From Candidatus Babeliales bacterium (GTDB taxonomy: Bacteria > Babelota > Babeliae > Babelales > JANWKD01), in assembly GCA_963701665.1 (NCBI GenBank), contig OY969622.1, positions 480,001 through 544,000 on the forward strand: a DNA stretch of 64,000 bases, in the 5' to 3' direction. Made by a program: the position numbers and the translations under genes. The notes under the pieces were generated by a model that saw nothing but the letters and a program-made list of their open reading frames with translations, searched no databases and was not told where the DNA came from. Each line of letters starts with the position of its first letter. Within the stretch, counting starts at the first letter, position 1. Shown here piece after piece: positions 57,557 to 64,000 of this stretch.

Positions 57557-60500
57557 TTACAATGATATTTTTACGCCAACCGAACGTTCTTTCAGTGCGG
57601 TAAGTGCTTGCGCAGTAAGTAACACATTTTTCTCGGTTGCAATTTGCAACGTTTTATCATTATCAAAAAAGCGCATTAATAAACGAGTGTTTCCTTTTGC
57701 TAGATTCTGTCGCACCGTATTTAATAGTGCAGTATCGACTGTTTTGGGTAATGAAAGTATTACTGACTCAGCTTGGTGAAGGTGCTCAAAAATGAGTTCA
57801 ACTGGCACAAAAAATGATGCTTTAATTTTGCATTTTTGTCCTGAGGTTAGATCAAGATTTCCTTTAACAATAAAAACATTGTACGTAGTTAACCATTCTT
57901 CTACTACAGCGAATAATTTTGGAAAAACAACTATCTCAGCTGATGAATCATTATCTTCAAGCGTAACAAATGCCATTTTGTCACCTTTTTTGGTAATAAT
58001 CGTTTTGCTGTTTTTCAAAAGCCCACAGCACATGACAATTGGTTCTTGTGTTTGTCCTGCAAAGGTGGTTTTAATGAGTGCTTGTGCAAATGTTTGCAAC
58101 TCAAGTAACGATAAGGTTGCTTTGTACGTATCAAGAGGATGAGCGCTGATGAAAAAACCAACTACTTCTTGTTCTTTCTCTAACTTGGTTTTATTATCCC
58201 ATTCTGAACGTGGCGAGAAGCTGTAAAGCTCTGGGGCATCTTTTACTTCTTGAGCCATGCCAAAAAGATCCATTTGCCCGGTTAGCAATGCTTTTTTCTT
58301 AGCCGTTGCATAGTCTAAAATTTTTGGTAACTCTTCAAATTTTTGCGCGCGCAATCCGGGTAACGTGTCAAATGCGCCCGCGCAAATTAAATTTTCAATC
58401 ACGCGTTTATTAGACGTACGCAAATCGATGCGCGTGCAAAAATCAAGAAGATCGGCAAATGGTTTTTTGCTGCGCTCGCTGATGATATTTTCAAGCGAAA
58501 TCATGCCAATATTTTTTATACCCTTTAGCCCAAAGCGCAACGAGTGATTATCAACGACCATAAAATCAATGGCTGAATACATAATATCAGGAGGTAATAT
58601 AGTTAAATTCATATCTTTTGCTTCTTGCAGGTAAAAAGACATGCTTTCAGCGTTCGCTGCTTCAAGAGATATTAAACATGCCATGAATTCGGCAGGGAAA
58701 TTTGCTTTTAAATATGCCGTGTGATAAGCGATGAGGGCATAAGCAGCCGAGTGGGATTTATTAAAACCGTAGCCGGCAAAATATGCCATCAAATCAAATA
58801 ACTCGCCCGCTTTTTTTGCATCAAAATTGCGCGCAATTGATTTTTCTAAGAATATGGCACGTTGCTCGGCCATAACTTCAGCTTTTTTCTTGCCCATGGC
58901 ACGGCGCAAGATATCTGCTTCGCCCAAACTATACCCGCCAATGACCGAAGCAATTTTTATTACCTGTTCTTGATAGACAATAACGCCGTATGTTTCTTGT
59001 AAAATCGGTGCTAATTCGGGAAACAAATAGACAATTTGCTGTCGGCCGTGTTTGCGTTCAATAAAGTCTTCAACCATGCCTGAACCAAGAGGCCCAGGAC
59101 GATATAATGCATTTACGGCAATAATATCTTCGAATTTTTCTGGATGCAGCTTGCGCAAAACTTCTTTTAATCCTTCAGATTCTAACTGGAACACACCCGA
59201 TGTTTGTCCTTTACACAGTAAAGCGAACGTTTTTGGATCATCGAGTGATAATTTATCTAAATTAATAGCGATGCCATGGTTGTCCTGAATAAGTTTGAGT
59301 GCGCGATCAATGAGCGTAAGGTTTTTAAGCCCAAGCAAATCGATTTTTAAGAATCCGAGCGCTTCAAGTTCTGTCATAGCATATTGCGTGACAAGTTCCG
59401 TGCTTTTTGGCGGAACGTAGACAGGTAATACTTCATCAATAGGTTCAGGAGAAATTACAATACCTGCAGCATGTTTTGAAGCATGGCGGGTTAATCCTTC
59501 CAAGCGAAATGCTATATCAAACAGTTTTGCAACTTTTGGATTATTTTCAGCAAGCTCTTTTAATTTTGGTTCTTGGTTGAGTGCTTCATGCAACGTTATT
59601 TTTAATTGATCTGGAACGAGTGCTGATAATGCATTAGAATCTTCAAAGGGCATACCTAGAACGCGCGCAACATCTTTGAGCACACCTTTTGCCATCATGG
59701 TACCAAAGGTAATGATTTGCCCCACTTTTTCATGCCCATATTTTTCACGAACATAATTAATAACTGCTTCGCGTCCTTCAATACAAAAATCGATATCGAT
59801 ATCAGGCATACTGACACGTTCAGGATTTAAAAAACGCTCAAAAAGGAGATTGTATTTGAGGGGATCAATGTTGGTGATCTGTAATGCCCACGCGACTAAA
59901 GAACCTGCAGCAGAACCACGTCCTGGCCCAACAGGAATGCCATTTTTTTTAGCCCATTGAATGAAATCACTAACGACTAAAAAGTAGCCGACAAAACCCA
60001 TTTTAATAATAAGATCGATTTCTAACGTCAGCCGTTCCCAATACGTAGATGCCTGTGCTGGATCAATGATCTCATCTTTAATGAGGCTCTCAAGACCTTG
60101 TTTGCACAATGCGGTAAAAAATGTTTCAGCTGTATGCTCAGCAGGAATTTCAAATTTTGGGAAAAAAAGGTTGCCTGAAGGGAAATCGAAATTGCACATA
60201 TCAGCAATTTTACCGCTATTCCAAATTGCTTCAGGATGTTCTGGAAACAACGTAAGCATTTGTTCTGCAGTTCTTACGTGCACACGACAATCACCAAACG
60301 TAAAGCGATCCGGATCAGTTATTTTATGCTGTGTTTGAATAGAAAGCATAACTTCATGCGCTTCTCGATCTTCTGCTAATAAATAATGGCAATCGCCAGC
60401 GGCGACTAAATTAACTTTTTTGCGTTCAGCCCACGTATATAATTTATTATTTAATATGCTTTGTTCTCGTTGATCTTCAGGTTGTATTTCAAAGTAAAAA

Positions 60501-61003
60501 CGATCTTGACCAAACTGGTTTAAAAACCAATCAATACGTTTATCGGCTTCTTCATAATTATCTTGCATAAGCAACGTAGGAATATGACCGCCTAAACATG
60601 CGGAGGTGACAATCAGCCCTTCGCTGTGCTGCGCAAGAGTGGCATAATCAATACGTGGTTTGAAATAGAACCCTTTTTGATAGGCAAATGAGATGAGTTT
60701 GCATAAATTTTTGTAGCCAACCTCATTTTGTACCAGCAGAATAAGATGATAATATTTTTTGTCGGCAGCTTTAATAGCAGCATCTTCTGTGAAATATGCT
60801 TCCATACCTAATACTGGTTTAATGCCTGACTTTTTGCATTTCTGAAAGAATTTTACTGCACCAAAGATATTGCCATGATCAGTCATAGCGAGTGCTTTGA
60901 ACTTTTGTTCTTTAGCAAAGTTGACTAATTTATCGATTTGGATGGCGCCATCGAGCAATGAAAACTCAGTATGCAGATGTAAATGCGTAAAGTGCTGTGA
61001 CAT
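57557..61003 (-). CDS. dnaE: DNA polymerase III alpha subunit
   Basis: PHP HLHLHTEFSLLDG, GRGSAAGS, MPDIDIDF, GFNKSH, OB fold. Confidence 0.98.
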   Translation of the reverse strand: MSQHFTHLHLHTEFSLLDGAIQIDKLVNFAKEQKFKALAMTDHGNIFGAVKFFQKCKKSGIKPVLGMEAYFTEDAAIKAADKKYYHLILLVQNEVGYKNLCKLISFAYQKGFYFKPRIDYATLAQHSEGLIVTSACLGGHIPTLLMQDNYEEADKRIDWFLNQFGQDRFYFEIQPEDQREQSILNNKLYTWAERKKVNLVAAGDCHYLLAEDREAHEVMLSIQTQHKITDPDRFTFGDCRVHVRTAEQMLTLFPEHPEAIWNSGKIADMCNFDFPSGNLFFPKFEIPAEHTAETFFTALCKQGLESLIKDEIIDPAQASTYWERLTLEIDLIIKMGFVGYFLVVSDFIQWAKKNGIPVGPGRGSAAGSLVAWALQITNIDPLKYNLLFERFLNPERVSMPDIDIDFCIEGREAVINYVREKYGHEKVGQIITFGTMMAKGVLKDVARVLGMPFEDSNALSALVPDQLKITLHEALNQEPKLKELAENNPKVAKLFDIAFRLEGLTRHASKHAAGIVISPEPIDEVLPVYVPPKSTELVTQYAMTELEALGFLKIDLLGLKNLTLIDRALKLIQDNHGIAINLDKLSLDDPKTFALLCKGQTSGVFQLESEGLKEVLRKLHPEKFEDIIAVNALYRPGPLGSGMVEDFIERKHGRQQIVYLFPELAPILQETYGVIVYQEQVIKIASVIGGYSLGEADILRRAMGKKKAEVMAEQRAIFLEKSIARNFDAKKAGELFDLMAYFAGYGFNKSHSAAYALIAYHTAYLKANFPAEFMACLISLEAANAESMSFYLQEAKDMNLTILPPDIMYSAIDFMVVDNHSLRFGLKGIKNIGMISLENIISERSKKPFADLLDFCTRIDLRTSNKRVIENLICAGAFDTLPGLRAQKFEELPKILDYATAKKKALLTGQMDLFGMAQEVKDAPELYSFSPRSEWDNKTKLEKEQEVVGFFISAHPLDTYKATLSLLELQTFAQALIKTTFAGQTQEPIVMCCGLLKNSKTIITKKGDKMAFVTLEDNDSSAEIVVFPKLFAVVEEWLTTYNVFIVKGNLDLTSGQKCKIKASFFVPVELIFEHLHQAESVILSLPKTVDTALLNTVRQNLAKGNTRLLMRFFDNDKTLQIATEKNVLLTAQALTALKERSVGVKISL

Positions 61004-61070
61004 ACAATAAAAAATACCGGTATTGATGTGGAAAATTAGAGATTCTTACGTAAGTGTACAAGAAAATAAG

Positions 61071-61105
61071 AAAAGCTGAACTAGAAAGATCTAATTCAGC
61101 TTTTT
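61071..61105. terminator. Probable terminator hairpin
   Basis: AAAAGCTGAA..TTCAGCTTTT. Confidence 0.6.
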
Positions 61106-61123
61106 GTAGCGATGTCGAGGAAC

Positions 61124-61807
61124 TTAATAAACTCTTTTTATACTTGATGGAGGTTCAGCTGGGATATATTTTTGTTTAAGTATTTCTAGTTCCCTTATGC
61201 ATACATCCCTGAAAGATATCAATGCTCCAGCCGTTTGATTTTTTTTAGATATAGTCAAAATATGGCGATCCAGGATAGAGTGGGCCTGTTTAAAATTATT
61301 TTTATCATAAAAATAGCTCGCTAACCGATATATATTGGTATCTATCAAATGTTTTAAAATTTTTTTGTATATAGGGTCTTTAATATGTGCTTTGGTCTTT
61401 AAATAGGTAGCATTAGTCTGAATTACCAATTTAGTTATTTTTTTTTGAGATATACGTGGGTTTGGATGATCAAATATATCATTGAGCGTTTTTTGAAGTT
61501 CTAATGTTGCATATTGTTGTTTTTTTATTTCTTCTCGATAGAAATCAACTGCTTTCAATAACCCTTCTTGCTCATAGATATTTTTTGCTTGGGGATGAGA
61601 AAGGATCGAGTAGGCTAATGTGGGTAGAGTATAGTTATCACGCTCACTAGGAACTTGATTCTTCTTGAGGCATTTATAAGCCTTTTTGATTTCTTGCTCA
61701 GAAGCTTCGTTATTGATACCAAGTATTGCATGGCATGATAGCTCGTGTTCCATGGCAGATAGTTGAAAGAAATAGAACGTGGCGATTAAGATTATTACTT
61801 TTTTCAT
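61124..61807 (-). CDS. Secreted protein with degenerate J-domain
   Basis: ILGI..ASEQEIKKAY..AYSILS; HPD motif absent. Confidence 0.7.
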   Translation of the reverse strand: MKKVIILIATFYFFQLSAMEHELSCHAILGINNEASEQEIKKAYKCLKKNQVPSERDNYTLPTLAYSILSHPQAKNIYEQEGLLKAVDFYREEIKKQQYATLELQKTLNDIFDHPNPRISQKKITKLVIQTNATYLKTKAHIKDPIYKKILKHLIDTNIYRLASYFYDKNNFKQAHSILDRHILTISKKNQTAGALISFRDVCIRELEILKQKYIPAEPPSSIKRVY

Positions 61808-62038
61808 TGTTACAAATTGATATTTAATTTTTAAAACAGTGCTAACTATAAATATTTTTTAATTAATGTTTTATAGTATAATCGATACACTAAAATAGTG
61901 GAGAATTTTATGGATTGTTTTGTGAATTAAGTAGAAATATTGTTTTCGAAGCTGAATTTGCAAAACAAATTGCCAAATTACTCATCCTAAGAGAAAATCA
62001 TTAAGTATATAAAATAGCATATACTGAAAGGAACATCA

Positions 62039-63445
62039 TTGATTGCAGATACTGTTTTTAAGCAATATGATCTTCGTGGCATCATTGGCACCGATTTTCC
62101 TCTTGAAGATGTGTATGATCTTGGCAAAGCGATCGCGGTTTATTTTATAACGCGTGCGCAAGGTGTTAAAACGATCGCGATCGGCGCTGATGGCAGAATC
62201 CACTCGCCCATGATTAAAGAAAAATTATGTGCCGCGCTGCAAGATGCTGGGTTAAATGTAGTATTCATTGGCGTTTGTCCAACGCCCGTTCTTTATTTTT
62301 CTCTTTTTATGCAACCGGTGCAAGCAGGGTTAATGATCACCGCGTCTCATAATGGTAAAGAATATAACGGCATAAAAATCTGTTTGCATAAAGAGTCAGT
62401 TTGGGGCGAAGCAATACAAGATATCAAAAAGCTCTATGTTGATCGCATTGCTATAACGGCGCCAAAACGCGGCGACTATAAAGAACACCTGCTTATTCCT
62501 GAATACATTCAATGGCTTAGTGATCATTTTACTCATTTGAAAGGCATGAATATTTCCGCAGTGATTGATTGTGGCAATGGTGCAGCTGGCACCGTGCTTC
62601 CAGAATTAATTAAAGTTATGCAGTGGCCGCGGGTGCAATTATTATATGCTGAAGTTGATGGCACCTATCCACATCATGAAGCTGATCCTACCGTTCCTGA
62701 AAATATGCAGGATGTTAAACATATTCTTGCGACAACGGAGGTGCAACTTGGCATTGGGCTTGATGGCGATTGCGATAGAATGGCGCCCATGACAAAAGCA
62801 GGGAAGTTAATACAAGGCGATGTGCTCTTGGCGTTATTTGCGCGTGAAATGCTCAAAAAGCATCCTCATGCGCCAATAGTATTTGATATAAAATGTTCCT
62901 CAGGTTTGCAGGAGCTTCTTGAACAATGGGATGCGCAACCAATTATGTCGCCCTCGGGGCATTCTATTATTAAAAATCAAATGAAGGAACATCATGCACT
63001 TCTTGCCGGGGAATTAAGTTGTCATTTCTTTTTTAAAGATCGTTATTTTGGCTATGATGATGGCATCTATGCGCTGTTACGTCTTTTTGAGCTTTTGCTT
63101 GCGTCTGGTAAAAGCCTCGATGAGCTTGTAAAGTTATTCCCTCAACGCTATAGTACGCCAGAAATCCGTCTGGCATGTTCCCAAAACACAAAAGAGCTCA
63201 TGATGCCGGCTTTAGAAAAAAGTTTTTCAAAAATACCCGGTGCAGATGTAATGACGATCGATGGTGTTCGTGTTACAATGAAGCATGGATGGGGTATGGT
63301 GCGCGCCTCCAACACGCAACCAGTTATGTGTTTTCGTTTTGAGGCAGACTCGCCAGAAGCACTCTCTTCCATAAAAAAAATGTTTATTGATCAAGTATCA
63401 CCTTATTTTGACGAGCAAGCGTTAAAAGTGCTTTCTACTGCATGA
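62039..63445 (+). CDS. Phosphomannomutase/phosphoglucomutase
   Basis: YDLRG, ITASHN, DGDCDR, GELSCH, RASNTQP. Confidence 0.94.
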   Translation: MIADTVFKQYDLRGIIGTDFPLEDVYDLGKAIAVYFITRAQGVKTIAIGADGRIHSPMIKEKLCAALQDAGLNVVFIGVCPTPVLYFSLFMQPVQAGLMITASHNGKEYNGIKICLHKESVWGEAIQDIKKLYVDRIAITAPKRGDYKEHLLIPEYIQWLSDHFTHLKGMNISAVIDCGNGAAGTVLPELIKVMQWPRVQLLYAEVDGTYPHHEADPTVPENMQDVKHILATTEVQLGIGLDGDCDRMAPMTKAGKLIQGDVLLALFAREMLKKHPHAPIVFDIKCSSGLQELLEQWDAQPIMSPSGHSIIKNQMKEHHALLAGELSCHFFFKDRYFGYDDGIYALLRLFELLLASGKSLDELVKLFPQRYSTPEIRLACSQNTKELMMPALEKSFSKIPGADVMTIDGVRVTMKHGWGMVRASNTQPVMCFRFEADSPEALSSIKKMFIDQVSPYFDEQALKVLSTA

Positions 63446-64000
63446 AAAAAATTGGATTACATTTACGCCAACTGACTACCGTTGTTGATATTATTCATCA
63501 AGCCTTTCGGCTTAAAATACCTTTTTTTCAATGTTTTTTATCGCAACCAAAGCTGAAAAGTAATAGTGTTTTTGAATCCTTAAAAAAAGAGCAACTCAAG
63601 CAATGCAACCTTTTAATGCATGAGTACGGATTAAAAGGGTATGTGCATGCATCGTATGCGATTAATCTTGCAAGTGGCGTAAGCGATGCCAGTGAGTTTT
63701 ATTTAAAAAAGGAACTTTATCTTGCGCGTCAAGCAGGTTTTTCAGAAATAATTTTGCATCCTGGGTCTGCAACGGGATGCCAAGAGCGTGTGCAAGGTAT
63801 TGATAACGTGGTTAGGCGATTAAATATGCTGCTCAAAAAAGAGCATACTATAAAAGTCGTATTAGAAAATGCTGCTTTTGGTGCTCACACAATTGGCGGT
63901 GATCTATTAGATTTTCAGATGATTCGCCAAAAGCTGGATCATCCTGAAAAAGTAGGCTTTTGCATCGATACTGCGCATGCGTTTGTCTACGGTTACAACA
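63442..64000 (+). CDS. nfo: Endonuclease IV (partial, runs off the window)
   Basis: MKKIGLH, HASYAINLA, HPGS, LEN, CIDTAH; ATGA overlap with the upstream stop. Confidence 0.9.
   Translation, partial: MKKIGLHLRQLTTVVDIIHQAFRLKIPFFQCFLSQPKLKSNSVFESLKKEQLKQCNLLMHEYGLKGYVHASYAINLASGVSDASEFYLKKELYLARQAGFSEIILHPGSATGCQERVQGIDNVVRRLNMLLKKEHTIKVVLENAAFGAHTIGGDLLDFQMIRQKLDHPEKVGFCIDTAHAFVYGYN

Noticed and set aside
57792..60338. Antisense ORFs within dnaE and other core genes
   Set aside because: Shadow ORFs with no recognisable motifs.

Overview
AT-rich bacterial chromosome segment. The mix of housekeeping genes and many signal-peptide-bearing orphan proteins resembles protist-parasitic Candidatus Babelota (TM6/Dependentiae); this taxonomy is an inference. 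Core genes are rodA, ruvB, yebC, yicC, alr, dus, mreC, sppA, rpmE, prfA, brnQ, tag, ppsA, galU, pheS, dnaE, pmm/pgm and a partial nfo. There are four tRNAs (Val, Asn, Asp, Phe). Main observations: (1) Two paralogous IS110 (IS621-like) elements whose 5' non-coding ends contain readable bridge-RNA scaffolds. They have identical donor guides but different target guides, each matching its own insertion site inside a palindromic repeat. (2) Structured repeats fused to the CCA end of every tRNA, which also flank a frameshifted GIY-YIG nuclease gene. (3) Eight copies of a REP-dimer/MITE family, some carrying nested mini-hairpins. (4) Candidate host-mimicking secreted effectors: a WASP/RickA-like protein, BC-box proteins, a secreted NADAR, and a shared leucine-heptad tag. 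(5) A Leu/Val-rich candidate leader peptide upstream of brnQ.
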